From a virus: DNA of 64,000 bases. Made by a program: the position numbers and the translations under genes. Under the pieces are notes generated by a model that searched no databases, had not been told where the DNA came from, and saw nothing but the letters and a program-made list of their open reading frames with translations. The stretch lies in IMG/VR virus record IMGVR_UViG_3300042564_000781, positions 32,001-96,000 of that record. The stretch is one strand, 5' to 3'. Every line of letters begins with the position of its first letter. Positions within the stretch are counted from its first letter, which is position 1. Below are positions 1 to 9,993 of the stretch, one piece after another.

Positions 1-2696
1 GTAGAATAGCTTCAGAAGAAGCAGGTGATAAATCAGGGCCTAACACAGGTGTTGGCAAAACTGATGCAGCCTCTAAAGATGTAAAAGATTTTAATGCATT
101 ACTTAACGGCAACCAAAAACAATCTGATGCTGCTCTTAAAGTTTTAGAAAAGATTGCTAATGAGAAATCTATGTCTAAAGAAGATGTAGTTAAAGGTGCA
201 ATGGCAAACAAAGGTGCAGGCATGGCCGACCTTGTTAGTCAGATTAAGAAAGAGTTGCCTGCTACTGAACAGCCTGGATATAAAGATGCAAAGAAAGCAG
301 AGTTAGAAAAATCAACAGGAAAATTAGTCAATCCTGGTAGTGAAAAACCTGTGTTAGAAGGAGTTGGCGCAGGGATTGATGCACTAGGCGGATTGTTTAG
401 GTCTGCTAGTCCAGGTTTTGTTTCTGTTGTTGGCGGTGTTGAAGTTACTGGAGTTAAAGCTAAAGCAGTTGGTGGCATAATTGAAAAACCTGAACTTATT
501 CTTGCAGGTGAAGCTGGCCCCGAAGCAATTTTTAATAAAACACAACTTGAAAGTTACACTGCTAAGATTATGGGAGCAGCAGCTGGTGCAATGCCCAAGA
601 TGGATGCTCCTAAGTTAGATTTGTCTAGCATGTCTAAATCAATTAGCACTAGTATTAGTTCTGTTAGTGGAGGCGGTGAAACTACTACTAAACGAGTACA
701 AAATGACAGTAGTAAAGATGCTGAAAAAGAATTAGCCTCTATTAAAGAACAGATGCAAGCTGAACGAAATGCTCTTAGAGAAAAGTTAAAAGCTCAAATA
801 GGTGACGGAAGTAAACTAGGTGGCGGGTCAGTCGCCAAAGAAATGCGAACTGGAGACGAAGGTAAAGGAATAGCTGAAAAGTATAAAGCTATGATGGAGC
901 CGTTACAGAAACAAATTGATGCTGGAATCAGTTTTGAAACTACTAAGAAAGCAGCAGCCATTGAAGAAACTACTAAAATGGTTAGTGAGCAATTGGCAAT
1001 TACTAAAACTAGTAATAGTACACTGGCCGATATGTACAAAGATGATAGTAAATCTAAACTAGATATTGCTAAGAAAACTAACGCTGATGCATTTAAAGAA
1101 GCTGATTTAGCTAAAGGAGTAATTGGCACTTCAGTAAAAGGTATGAGTGAAGACATGATCAGCTCTATGATACCAAAAGGTGCAAAGATTGAAGATTATT
1201 ATGTCGATATGAACGACAAGATACAAAGTTATTCAGCTGATACTGTGGCAAAAATGGAAAAAACTGCTAAAGATTCTGCTAATGTAGTTGAGTCATATTC
1301 AACTACAATATCTTCATCTAGTAAAAAAATGGCAACAGATATAGCAAGTTCATTACCCGGCACAACATCTAAGACTATGGCTGCACCATCAGCAATGCAA
1401 TCAGTTACGTCAATGGGGAAAATGACACTAAACGATGATCAACGTAAAATCTTTGATGAAATGATGTCGTTAAATGACAAACAAGCTAACGAAAAATTAG
1501 AATCTCTTAAAGCAGAAGAAGCAGCAGCAAACGCAGCTAATAAAGCTGCATATACAGCAAGAGATGCGTTAGAAGAAAGATATGAAGCAGAAGGCAAGAG
1601 CTTAAAAGATCTATCATCGGAAGATAAAAAACGATACGACGAACTTACTGCTCAGATGAATCAAACAGTTAACGGCGCTGACAAGGCTCGAGAATCAATT
1701 GCCGCTGCTGAACGTGCTGAATCAACTAGACAAAATTTACAAAAAATGGGTTATGATGTTTTGACTCAGCAAGAAGAAGCCAAAGTAAAAATTGTTGAAA
1801 CCAACGCTGAACAAATTAAATCTTACATAGCTGAATCACTTCCAGTTAAAGATATGGCTGCTAAACAAGAAGAATTCCAATCTCAGTTTACAGAAAGTCA
1901 ACAAAAGATCCTTGACGACTACAAAGGTTATAGCGAAGGTAATCGTGTTGCCCACGCCGAAGCTATGGAATCTGGTATTAAAGAAGATACTGAAACTGCA
2001 AAAATAATTGCTGATCGAATTTCTAAAATGAAAGCTGACATTGGAGATAGACAAGCTACAGAAGAAGAAACGGCAGAACTTGCAAATCAAGAAGCAAACA
2101 AAAAACTGTTTGAACGTCGAGTTGGCGAAAAAACAGAAATGCTTGATATTATGCAGAATTTAGAAGGCTACAGTGCTAAACGTGAATTAGAACTCAAACA
2201 GAAAACAGCTAAAGATGTTACTGCTGAAGATAAGAAAACTGATGCAATTACTGCAGCCGCTAAAGCCGCCTGGGACTCAGCTGTTCCGGAAAAATTAAAC
2301 ACTTCGGTTGTATCAGAAGCACCAAAACGCAAAGTAATGAGCACAGCAGACATGATGGCAGGTGGAATGGACATTGGCCCTAACGGTATGCCAATTATGA
2401 AAAAGATTGATACTGCTAAAAATAGTATACCAGCTAAGCCTGCAGATGCAGATGCCGCCAGAGAAGACGCAAAATTCAAAAGACAAGCTGAAGAGAAAAA
2501 AGCAGAAGCTGCTAAAACGGCTGAAAAAAAGCCCGATGCTAAAGCAGCAACTAAAGAATCTACTCTCTCTGACGTGGTATCGGCGCTGAATACGTTAAAT
2601 AAACAGATGGGCCAACTAATAGCAGTCAGTGAAGAAGGCCATAAATCTACAACCAAAGCTACTAAAAGCACTGCTGGTAACATATACGCGAGATAA
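1..2696 (+). CDS. Tape-measure/baseplate-hub-like protein, 5'-truncated
   Basis: Frame is open from position 3, so the gene starts left of the window (ATG 171 is internal). Long Ala/Lys/Glu helical sequence with GGIIEKPELILAGEAGPEAI motif typical of tape-measure C-terminal regions; directly precedes the portal. Confidence 0.55.
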   Translation, partial: RIASEEAGDKSGPNTGVGKTDAASKDVKDFNALLNGNQKQSDAALKVLEKIANEKSMSKEDVVKGAMANKGAGMADLVSQIKKELPATEQPGYKDAKKAELEKSTGKLVNPGSEKPVLEGVGAGIDALGGLFRSASPGFVSVVGGVEVTGVKAKAVGGIIEKPELILAGEAGPEAIFNKTQLESYTAKIMGAAAGAMPKMDAPKLDLSSMSKSISTSISSVSGGGETTTKRVQNDSSKDAEKELASIKEQMQAERNALREKLKAQIGDGSKLGGGSVAKEMRTGDEGKGIAEKYKAMMEPLQKQIDAGISFETTKKAAAIEETTKMVSEQLAITKTSNSTLADMYKDDSKSKLDIAKKTNADAFKEADLAKGVIGTSVKGMSEDMISSMIPKGAKIEDYYVDMNDKIQSYSADTVAKMEKTAKDSANVVESYSTTISSSSKKMATDIASSLPGTTSKTMAAPSAMQSVTSMGKMTLNDDQRKIFDEMMSLNDKQANEKLESLKAEEAAANAANKAAYTARDALEERYEAEGKSLKDLSSEDKKRYDELTAQMNQTVNGADKARESIAAAERAESTRQNLQKMGYDVLTQQEEAKVKIVETNAEQIKSYIAESLPVKDMAAKQEEFQSQFTESQQKILDDYKGYSEGNRVAHAEAMESGIKEDTETAKIIADRISKMKADIGDRQATEEETAELANQEANKKLFERRVGEKTEMLDIMQNLEGYSAKRELELKQKTAKDVTAEDKKTDAITAAAKAAWDSAVPEKLNTSVVSEAPKRKVMSTADMMAGGMDIGPNGMPIMKKIDTAKNSIPAKPADADAAREDAKFKRQAEEKKAEAAKTAEKKPDAKAATKESTLSDVVSALNTLNKQMGQLIAVSEEGHKSTTKATKSTAGNIYAR

Positions 2697-2701
2697 CAAA
2701 C

Positions 2702-4423
2702 ATGTCATGGAAAAAGTATTTTACACCTGCGTCAGTTAACACTGATTCCGGAAACTATAGCCCAATAGGAAACAGTTCATCTCGTCCGGGCCCAGCCCAA
2801 GCAAACTACTCTAGTTTCTTACCAGACGTCTACACAGGTGCTCCTAATCGTATTGATCGCTATTTGCAGTACGATACAATGGACATGGACAACGAAGTCA
2901 ATGCAGCCCTAGACATTCTAGCAGAATTCTGCAGTCAAAAGAACAAAGAAAACAACACACCATTTAGTTTATTCTATAGAAATAAAGCTACAAATAGTGA
3001 AATTGCTATCCTTCGAGAGTACCTACAGCAGTGGTGTAAGCTACAAAAATTTGAAACTAGAATCTTCCGTATCGTGCGTAACGTGTTCAAATACGGCGAT
3101 GCGTTCTTTGTTCGCGATCCTGAAAATAAGAAATGGATGTACATTGACACTGGCAAGATTACCAAGATCATTGTGAATGAAAGTGACGGTAAAGCACCAG
3201 AACAGTATGTTATCCGTGACCTAAATCCTAACTTCCAGCACTTAGTTGTTACACAGATCAATCCTAATTCTCAAAATACCAACAACCGCGGAACATCATT
3301 TGTTGCTGGCGGAGCAGCCGCTCGCGGCCAGCCTGGCGCATATCCAAGTAGTCAAAGTTCACGATTTAGTAGCGGACAGGACGAAGTTGCTGTTGATGCA
3401 AAGCATGTTATACATTTAAGTTTATCAGAAGGTCTTGACAACAATTATCCATTTGGTAATAGCTTGTTAGAAAGCATTTTTAAAGTTTACAAACAGAAAG
3501 AACTGCTTGAAGATGCTATCATTATCTATCGTATACAACGTGCTCCAGAACGTAGAATCTTTTATATTGACGTGGGAAATATGCCAAGTCATTTGGCTAT
3601 GAGCTTTGTTGAGCGTGTAAAGAACGAAATACATCAAAGACGTATTCCAAGTTCAACAGGTGGAGGCAACAACGTTGTTGATAGTGCCTACAATCCGTTA
3701 AGTATCAACGAAGACTACTTCTTTCCGCAGACAGCAGAAGGTCGTGGAAGTAAAGTAGAAACACTTCCGGGCGGTACTAACTTAGGTGAAATTGATGACT
3801 TAAAGTACTTTACTAACAAGTTATTCCGTGGCCTACGTATTCCGTCAAGCTACTTGCCAACAGGCGCAGATGACAGCCAATCACAATATAACGACGGACG
3901 AGTTGGTACTGCATACATTCAAGAACTGCGTTTTAACAACTATTGCCAGCGTTTACAAAGTCTAATGCAGGATGTTTTTGACCAAGAATTTAAATTATAT
4001 TTGAATGAACGTGGTGTAAACATTGACTCAAGTTTGTTTGAAGTACAGTTTCAAGCACCACAGAACTTTGCTACCTATCGTCAAGCAGAGCTAGATGGAC
4101 AACGTGTACCACAGTTCCAAACTATGAGTCAGATCCCATTCATGAGCAAGCGTTTTGCTATGAAACGCTTCTTAGGTATGAGCGATGAAGAGATGGCGGA
4201 AAATGAGCGCATGTGGGCTGAAGAGAATGGAAAAGGCAGTGCTATTCCTACTGACAGCTCAGGCGAACTACGTGGCGCAGGCATTAGTTCAGCAGGTATT
4301 GAAAGTGACTTAGGTGACTTATCTGATGACACTGCTCCCCCAGAAGTTGGCGGAGCAGACATTACAGGTGGCATGCCTGCGGCTCCTGGTGCGGCACCGG
4401 CAGCAATGCCACCGGTAGCATAA
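2702..4423 (+). CDS. gp20: Portal vertex protein (T4 gp20-like)
   Basis: Motifs LLEDAIIIYRIQRAPERRIFYIDVGNMP, EDYFFP, GRGSKVETLPGG.NLGEIDDLKYF characteristic of the T4 gp20 family. Confidence 0.95.
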   Translation: MSWKKYFTPASVNTDSGNYSPIGNSSSRPGPAQANYSSFLPDVYTGAPNRIDRYLQYDTMDMDNEVNAALDILAEFCSQKNKENNTPFSLFYRNKATNSEIAILREYLQQWCKLQKFETRIFRIVRNVFKYGDAFFVRDPENKKWMYIDTGKITKIIVNESDGKAPEQYVIRDLNPNFQHLVVTQINPNSQNTNNRGTSFVAGGAAARGQPGAYPSSQSSRFSSGQDEVAVDAKHVIHLSLSEGLDNNYPFGNSLLESIFKVYKQKELLEDAIIIYRIQRAPERRIFYIDVGNMPSHLAMSFVERVKNEIHQRRIPSSTGGGNNVVDSAYNPLSINEDYFFPQTAEGRGSKVETLPGGTNLGEIDDLKYFTNKLFRGLRIPSSYLPTGADDSQSQYNDGRVGTAYIQELRFNNYCQRLQSLMQDVFDQEFKLYLNERGVNIDSSLFEVQFQAPQNFATYRQAELDGQRVPQFQTMSQIPFMSKRFAMKRFLGMSDEEMAENERMWAEENGKGSAIPTDSSGELRGAGISSAGIESDLGDLSDDTAPPEVGGADITGGMPAAPGAAPAAMPPVA

Positions 4424-4426
4424 ATA
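4419..4426 (+). promoter_or_regulatory. T4-type late promoter CATAAATA
   Basis: 7/8 match to TATAAATA overlapping the portal stop codon, 5 nt before ATG 4432. Confidence 0.6.
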
Positions 4427-4431
4427 CTACT

Positions 4432-4671
4432 ATGATACTTAGAGAATTATTTTATGCTGATAAAGATATGCAGGCCATTTCAAATGACCTGCAATATTCA
4501 GCCAGCCAAGACGATAGTCCTTTGAAAAGAAAAGATACTCGTAAGACAAGATTAACCTTACGACAGATCAACGAACTAAGAAAAGCTTCTGAAAGCCATA
4601 TATTAGAACAAGAAAAAGATTTAGAACTTGTACAGCAAATGTACATGACGCCGGCTGCACCGCCCGCGTAA
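4432..4671 (+). CDS. Small head-cluster protein (79 aa)
   Basis: ORF between portal and core genes; basic segment RKDTRKTRLTLRQINELRK; function inferred from position only. Confidence 0.7.
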   Translation: MILRELFYADKDMQAISNDLQYSASQDDSPLKRKDTRKTRLTLRQINELRKASESHILEQEKDLELVQQMYMTPAAPPA

Positions 4672-4752
4672 TAAATAACTCGATGACGATTTTTTCTAAA
4701 ATCGTCTAAAATTCCACCATTATAACGTTTATATTACAATTAAGTGTAAATA
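4670..4752 (+). promoter_or_regulatory. Intergenic region with two late-promoter-like motifs and a hairpin
   Basis: AATAAATA 4670-4677, 9-bp stem GACGATTTT/AAAATCGTC 4685-4706, TGTAAATA 4745-4752; AGGAG SD before ATG 4789. Confidence 0.5.
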
Positions 4753-4788
4753 TATCGACAGCCTTTACAATCTAATTAGGAGACAAAC

Positions 4789-5667
4789 ATGACTGATCGT
4801 TCAAAGTTCGAACAGATGCTAGAGCATCTTGTTAATGAAGAAAGTGATAAAGCCAAAGAGCTTTTCCATCAACTAGTAGTTGAAAAATCTCGTGAAATCT
4901 ACGAAAACATTTTAGCAGACGACTTCACAACTGAAGCCGACGGCGATGACGAGGAAGAAGACGACCTTGAAGAAGCAACTAAAGACGAAGATGATGAAGA
5001 TATGGAAGAAAGTTTTGGCTTTGCTGAAGGTGACGATGAAGAAGACACAGGTGACATTGGCGGCGACGCCGGTGACGACTTTGTAAGCGACATCGATGCT
5101 GGTGACGAAGGTGACGAAGAAGGCATGGGCGGCGAAGGCGATATTGAAGATCGCGTAGTTGACCTAGAAGATGCACTTGACGACCTACGTGCCGAATTTG
5201 AAGCATTAATGGGCGACGAAGAAGGCGGCGACATGGGCGGAATGGACGACATGGGCGGCGATGATATGGGTGCTGGCGACATGGGCGGAATGGACGACAT
5301 GGGCGGCGAAGAAGAATTAGAAGACAGCTTCATGCGTGAGTACGTAGAGAAAGTTGGCAACCCAAAGCATGGCGACAACGGCGCAAACACCAAGTCAGTT
5401 ATGGCAAAAGCAAACAATATGGGCGGTACAACTGCTAATATCGTAAAAGGTGGTGAGAGCACAACAGGCGGCACAAAAGGCGGCTTGTTAAATCCATCAA
5501 CTAAAGAAGAAAACTTTGGTAACGTTAATGTCCCAGGCGGTAACGCAGGTAAGACAGCGTTTAAGAAGAAAGAAGCTGGACACGGCGCTGAGAAAAAAGC
5601 AACTGGCGACAATGGCGACAGAAGTGCTGATAGCCCGTTAAATGGCGCTCCTAGAAGAGCAAAGTAA
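4789..5667 (+). CDS. Acidic prohead core/scaffold-like protein
   Basis: Very Asp/Glu-rich middle, Gly/Lys-rich C-terminus, located between portal and protease like T4 core proteins gp67/gp68. Confidence 0.65.
   Translation: MTDRSKFEQMLEHLVNEESDKAKELFHQLVVEKSREIYENILADDFTTEADGDDEEEDDLEEATKDEDDEDMEESFGFAEGDDEEDTGDIGGDAGDDFVSDIDAGDEGDEEGMGGEGDIEDRVVDLEDALDDLRAEFEALMGDEEGGDMGGMDDMGGDDMGAGDMGGMDDMGGEEELEDSFMREYVEKVGNPKHGDNGANTKSVMAKANNMGGTTANIVKGGESTTGGTKGGLLNPSTKEENFGNVNVPGGNAGKTAFKKKEAGHGAEKKATGDNGDRSADSPLNGAPRRAK
5227..5309 (+). repeat. 35-bp direct repeat (48-nt period) encoding GDMGGMDDMGG
   Basis: GGCGACATGGGCGGAATGGACGACATGGGCGGCGA at 5227-5261 and 5275-5309. Confidence 0.9.
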
Positions 5668-5677
5668 GTAGATAAAG

Positions 5678-6304
5678 ATGAACTATCTTCGAGAAAACCT
5701 GAGTTTCGACCAAGCGAGAGTAGTCGTTGAATCCGATGGCGAGAATGGAAAGAACCTTTACATGAAGGGAATTTTCATTCAAGGCGACAAGAGGAATCAG
5801 AATCAGCGTGTTTATCCTGGAAGAGAGATTGCCAGGGCTGTCAAAACCCTGAACGATCAAATTGCAGGTGGGTACTCAGTACTTGGCGAAGTAGATCATC
5901 CAGATGACTTAAGAATCAACCTTGACCGTGTGAGCCATATGATCACAGAAATGTGGATGGATGGCGCAGACGGTTACGGAAAATTAAAAATCTTAGCAAC
6001 ACCTATGGGACAACTAGTGAAAACTATGTTAGAAAGTGGCGTGAAGTTAGGAGTATCAAGCCGCGGATCCGGAAATGTCAGCGATGGCAGTTCCGGTGAA
6101 GTATCAGATTTTGAGATTATCACAGTTGATGTGGTAGCTCAACCTAGTGCCCCTGGCGCATACCCTACACCAATTTATGAACACCTGATGAATAGTCGCG
6201 GTGGTTATAACAGCTTACGCATAGCGCAAGAGGTTAAAGGTGACCCTAAAGCACAAAAATATCTCAAAGAGAGCTTATTAGGTATAATAAGCAAACTCCA
6301 ATAA
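5678..6304 (+). CDS. gp21: Prohead core protease (T4 gp21-like)
   Basis: GIFIQGD.RNQNQRVYP, LGEVDHP, VSH, LGVSSRGSG, DVVAQPSAPGAY motifs of the gp21 protease family. Confidence 0.93.
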   Translation: MNYLRENLSFDQARVVVESDGENGKNLYMKGIFIQGDKRNQNQRVYPGREIARAVKTLNDQIAGGYSVLGEVDHPDDLRINLDRVSHMITEMWMDGADGYGKLKILATPMGQLVKTMLESGVKLGVSSRGSGNVSDGSSGEVSDFEIITVDVVAQPSAPGAYPTPIYEHLMNSRGGYNSLRIAQEVKGDPKAQKYLKESLLGIISKLQ

Positions 6305-6317
6305 AGAGGAGAATCAC

Positions 6318-7412
6318 ATGTTGGACGCACTAAAGAATTTGTTTGAAAACAACGTGGTTTCGGAAGAGATCAAAGAATCTATTGAGGCTGCTTGGGAAGC
6401 TCGCATTGTCGAGAACCGCACACAAGTAACTCAACAGCTACGTGAAGAATTTGCTCAACGCTATGAACATGACCGTCAGGTTATGGTCGAAGCAATTGAC
6501 CGCATGTTAGGCGATCAGTTGAAAGAGGAAATTCAGCAGTTTGTAGAAGATCGTAATCAATTAGCAGAAGCTAAGGCAAAGTATGCAGTAAAAATGCACA
6601 ACGATGCTAACCTAATGAAAGAGTTTGTTACTCGTCAATTAGCTAGTGAAGTTAAAGAATTACACGAAGATCAAGTACAAATGGCTTCTAAGTTTCACAC
6701 ACTTGAGAAGTTTGTCGTAGAAGCTTTGGCTCAAGAAATCGCAGAGTTCCATACAGACAAGCAAGACATTGCAGAAATGAAGGTACGTTTGGTACGCGAA
6801 GGCCGTCAGGCACTAGCTTCCATGAAGGAACAATTCATTAAACGTGCAGCTACGTTGGTCGAGAATACAGTTGAAAAGACTCTTACCAAAGAGATTGGTC
6901 AATTGAAAGAAGACATCGAAGCAGCTCGTCGTAACGATTTTGGTCGTAAATTATTCGAAGCTTATGCAAGCGAATATCAAAACAGTTACTTAAACGAAAA
7001 ATCAGAAACAGCTAAATTGCTCAAAGTCATAGACAAGAAAGATCTACAAGTTGCAGAGGCTCATCACGCTGTAGCACAAGCAACTCAGATCCTAGAAAGC
7101 AAGGAAGCACAAGTTAAAGCTCTAATGGAGAGCAAAGACCGTCAAGAAATTATGAATGAATTAGTAGCACCTTTGGGCAACACCCAGAAAGCTATTATGA
7201 CAGAATTACTTGAGAGTGTACAAACTGGCAAACTACGCAGTAGTTTTGACAAGTACCTTCCAGCAGTTATTGCTGGCGAAGCTCCACAGAAGAAGAAGGC
7301 ACTAGTAGAGGCAAAAGAAGTCACAGGCAACAAAGAAACCCACAGCGTCGGTAGCAGCGAGCACGAAAGTAATATTTTCAATATGCGTCGTCTAGCTGGA
7401 ATTAAACATTAA
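6318..7412 (+). CDS. gp22: Prohead scaffold protein (T4 gp22-like)
   Basis: Long Glu/Lys/Gln coiled-coil between protease and capsid genes; GRKLFEAYASEY motif; GAGGAG SD. Confidence 0.8.
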   Translation: MLDALKNLFENNVVSEEIKESIEAAWEARIVENRTQVTQQLREEFAQRYEHDRQVMVEAIDRMLGDQLKEEIQQFVEDRNQLAEAKAKYAVKMHNDANLMKEFVTRQLASEVKELHEDQVQMASKFHTLEKFVVEALAQEIAEFHTDKQDIAEMKVRLVREGRQALASMKEQFIKRAATLVENTVEKTLTKEIGQLKEDIEAARRNDFGRKLFEAYASEYQNSYLNEKSETAKLLKVIDKKDLQVAEAHHAVAQATQILESKEAQVKALMESKDRQEIMNELVAPLGNTQKAIMTELLESVQTGKLRSSFDKYLPAVIAGEAPQKKKALVEAKEVTGNKETHSVGSSEHESNIFNMRRLAGIKH

Positions 7413-7426
7413 TTAGGAGAAAATAA

Positions 7427-8596
7427 ATGTCAGAACTACTAACAGGCCGTTGGGCAGAAACAAAAGAAGCACTTCTTGAAGGCCTTCAAGGCACTAAGAG
7501 ATCTGTAATGGCATCTACACTAGAGAACACACGTAAGTATCTAGCTGAGAGTGCAAGTACAGGTGCTACTTCTGCCGGAAACGTCGCAACATTAAATCGT
7601 GTGATCCTTCCAGTGATCAGACGTGTCATGCCAACAGTTATTGCTAACGAGTTGGTCGGTGTACAACCAATGACTGGACCAGTTGGTCAAATCCATACGC
7701 TACGTGTTCGCTACAGCGACACAGTTAGCGGCACATTTGGCGCTAACGCTGGTGAAGAAGCACTAAGCCCATTCAAGATTGCTGAAGGTTATTCCGCAAG
7801 CAATGGCTCTGCTGCTACTGCTGCATCAACTGCATCCCTAGAAGGTGCGGCTGGTAAGCGTATGAGCATCCAGATCTTGAAACAAACAGTTGAAGCTAAG
7901 ACACGTAAGTTATCAGCTCGCTGGACATTCGAAGCTGCTCAAGATGCACAAGCCCAACAAGGTATTGACATCGAAGCAGAAATCATGGCTGCTCTTGCAC
8001 AAGAGATCACAGCTGAGATTGACCAAGAAGTTCTTGGTTCTTTAGCAACTTTAGCTGGTTCACAGAACTTGCAGGCTTATAACCAAGCTGCTGTTTCTGG
8101 TACTGCTACATTCGTTGGTGACGAACATGCTGCTCTTGCAGTTATGATCAACCGCGTTGCTAACACTATCGCCCAGCGTACACGTCGTGGTGCTGGTAAC
8201 TGGGCAGTTGTAAGCCCAACAGCATTGACAGTTCTTCAGTCTGCTACTACAAGCGCATTCGCTCGTACAACAGAAGGCACATTCGAAGCACCTACAAACA
8301 CTAAGTTTGTTGGTACATTGAACAATGCTATGAAGATCTATGTAAACACTTATGCACAGAATGATGATGTATTAGTTGGTTACAAAGGTGCTAACGAAAG
8401 TGATGCAGCAGCATTCTATTGCCCATACATTCCATTGATGAGCAGTGGTGTTGTTCTAGATCCAGCAACATTCGAACCAGTCGTATCATTCATGACACGT
8501 TATGGTTATGTAGAGTTAAGCAACACTGCTTCTTCTCTAGGTAATGCAGCTGACTATCTAGGCAAAGTTACATTAACTGGCCTAGCATTTAGCTAA
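7427..8596 (+). CDS. gp23: Major capsid protein (T4 gp23-like)
   Basis: LVGVQPMTGPVGQI, VEAKTRKLSARWTFEAAQD, EITAEIDQE, FYCPYIPL, FMTRYG motifs. Confidence 0.97.
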   Translation: MSELLTGRWAETKEALLEGLQGTKRSVMASTLENTRKYLAESASTGATSAGNVATLNRVILPVIRRVMPTVIANELVGVQPMTGPVGQIHTLRVRYSDTVSGTFGANAGEEALSPFKIAEGYSASNGSAATAASTASLEGAAGKRMSIQILKQTVEAKTRKLSARWTFEAAQDAQAQQGIDIEAEIMAALAQEITAEIDQEVLGSLATLAGSQNLQAYNQAAVSGTATFVGDEHAALAVMINRVANTIAQRTRRGAGNWAVVSPTALTVLQSATTSAFARTTEGTFEAPTNTKFVGTLNNAMKIYVNTYAQNDDVLVGYKGANESDAAAFYCPYIPLMSSGVVLDPATFEPVVSFMTRYGYVELSNTASSLGNAADYLGKVTLTGLAFS

Positions 8597-8602
8597 TCAA
8601 CT

Positions 8603-8652
8603 TACCGCAAGGTACGTTACTTACAAAGGACTCTTCGGAGTCCTTTCTCTTT
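8603..8652 (+). terminator. Intrinsic terminator after capsid gene, with upstream GCAA mini-hairpin
   Basis: AAAGGACTC-TTCG-GAGTCCTTT (8625-8646, C(UUCG)G loop) followed by CTCTTT; TACC-GCAA-GGTA at 8603-8614. Confidence 0.85.
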
Positions 8653-8656
8653 ATGT

Positions 8657-8664
8657 GATAAATA
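8657..8664 (+). promoter_or_regulatory. Late promoter GATAAATA
   Basis: Directly after the terminator and 87 nt upstream of ATG 8752. Confidence 0.7.
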
Positions 8665-8672
8665 CTTTGTAT

Positions 8673-8734
8673 GATTTACACAGGGTAGATCTTATGCGGA
8701 AATCCAACCGCGTACAGCCTAGAACGCTGTTTTT
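8673..8734 (+). promoter_or_regulatory. Candidate structured 5' leader (three adjacent hairpins)
   Basis: GATTTAC/GTAGATC 8673-8691, TATGCGG/CCGCGTA 8693-8714, ACAGC/GCTGT 8714-8730 then a T-run before the AAGGAG SD. Confidence 0.45.
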
Positions 8735-8751
8735 CTTAAGGAGAAATTAAA

Positions 8752-9954
8752 ATGGGACGTCCTTTAAATAAAAAATATTTTGGTAACCGCAACACAGGTT
8801 CCGCAAGCACCGCAGCTGATAATTCTATCGGTGGTGGAGCAGTTGCTAGTGTTACATTAAACGCATTAGGCGCATATACAACTCGCCCAACAATTACATT
8901 TGCAGTGCCAACACTACCAGGTGGTGTTCGTGCTACTGGTACTATTACTTCTGAAGTTGTTAGTGCCGCAGTCAGCGGTACACAAACTCGTGCTTATCCA
9001 ACAGCCGCAGCCGCAATTGGTTTCAATACTGCCGGTTCGACCTTTACAGCAACCGTAACCAGCGCCGCTCTAACAACTGTAGTTCGCGCAAGTGCTACAA
9101 CAATAGGTTTTGATGCTGCCAGCGCAAACCTTGCCATAAGTGGTAACAGTATTCACATTACAGGCGCAAGTATCACAGGTACATTATCAATTGGTGGTGT
9201 AGCAATTGCCGCTGGTCAAATTTATTATACAGGTGCTCCAAGTACCACTACATCAGCAACATTGTATGCCACATATGCTGACGCAGTTTCTGCAACTAAC
9301 CCATTAACTATTGTTGCTGGTACAGGCGTTGGCGGTGCAACATTTACACACGGTGTTACATTTGGTGCAGTGACAGCATTAACTCCAGTTGCTCGTGGTT
9401 CATATGAAGCATTAGTTGCAAGCGGCGATGCTGTAGTTGCTACAGCTGGTGTAGGTTCTGGACTAACAATCACTCCAACATATCGTGCTAAAGCAGTTGT
9501 CATTACAGAAGCAGGTTCTGGATACACAGCAGCACCAACACCGACATTTACACAATCAGTAACAGCTACATCAGTTAACATGTTAGTTGACAGTGGTAAC
9601 ATTCGTACAACTGGAAATCAAGAAAATGCTATTTTGATGACAGCATTCTTAACTGGTGGATCAGCATTACCAGTTGACATTATTAAACAAGTATCTACTA
9701 ACCGTTTTAGAGTAACTGATGGTACACTTACTGGTATTGTTAAATTAACAGATTCATTAGCCAATGCCGCAGGTGAAGGCAGCGTTCGGTTACTTGACAC
9801 AGATGGCGGCACATATTTTGCTACTAAACTTACAGCACGTAAAGCTGTTATTACTCGTGGCACTGGCACACAAACAGCATTTGTTACAGGTACATCAGTT
9901 CCGTGGAACATGACTGCTGCAACTGCAACATCATTGTTAATCGATAACGCTTAA
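8752..9954 (+). CDS. Virion structural protein, possible head decoration/fibre
   Basis: Thr/Ala/Gly-rich beta-type protein immediately after the capsid gene with its own late promoter; ITEAGSGYTAAP motif common in T4-like structural proteins. Confidence 0.6.
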   Translation: MGRPLNKKYFGNRNTGSASTAADNSIGGGAVASVTLNALGAYTTRPTITFAVPTLPGGVRATGTITSEVVSAAVSGTQTRAYPTAAAAIGFNTAGSTFTATVTSAALTTVVRASATTIGFDAASANLAISGNSIHITGASITGTLSIGGVAIAAGQIYYTGAPSTTTSATLYATYADAVSATNPLTIVAGTGVGGATFTHGVTFGAVTALTPVARGSYEALVASGDAVVATAGVGSGLTITPTYRAKAVVITEAGSGYTAAPTPTFTQSVTATSVNMLVDSGNIRTTGNQENAILMTAFLTGGSALPVDIIKQVSTNRFRVTDGTLTGIVKLTDSLANAAGEGSVRLLDTDGGTYFATKLTARKAVITRGTGTQTAFVTGTSVPWNMTAATATSLLIDNA

Positions 9955-9962
9955 TTAGGTCT

Positions 9963-9978
9963 GGGGACTTCGGTCCCC
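9963..9978 (+). other. Intercistronic C(UUCG)G hairpin
   Basis: GGGGAC-TTCG-GTCCCC with no U-tract; more likely an mRNA stability/processing hairpin than a terminator. Confidence 0.7.
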
Positions 9979-9993
9979 TACTAAGGATAATAG

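Noticed and set aside
2594-2601. GTTAAATA inside the first gene as a portal promoter
   Set aside because: Plausible, but the TAAATA core occurs often by chance in AT-rich coding DNA; not supportable alone.
9963-9978. Intrinsic terminator
   Set aside because: Strong UUCG hairpin but no downstream U-tract and no new promoter before the next gene.
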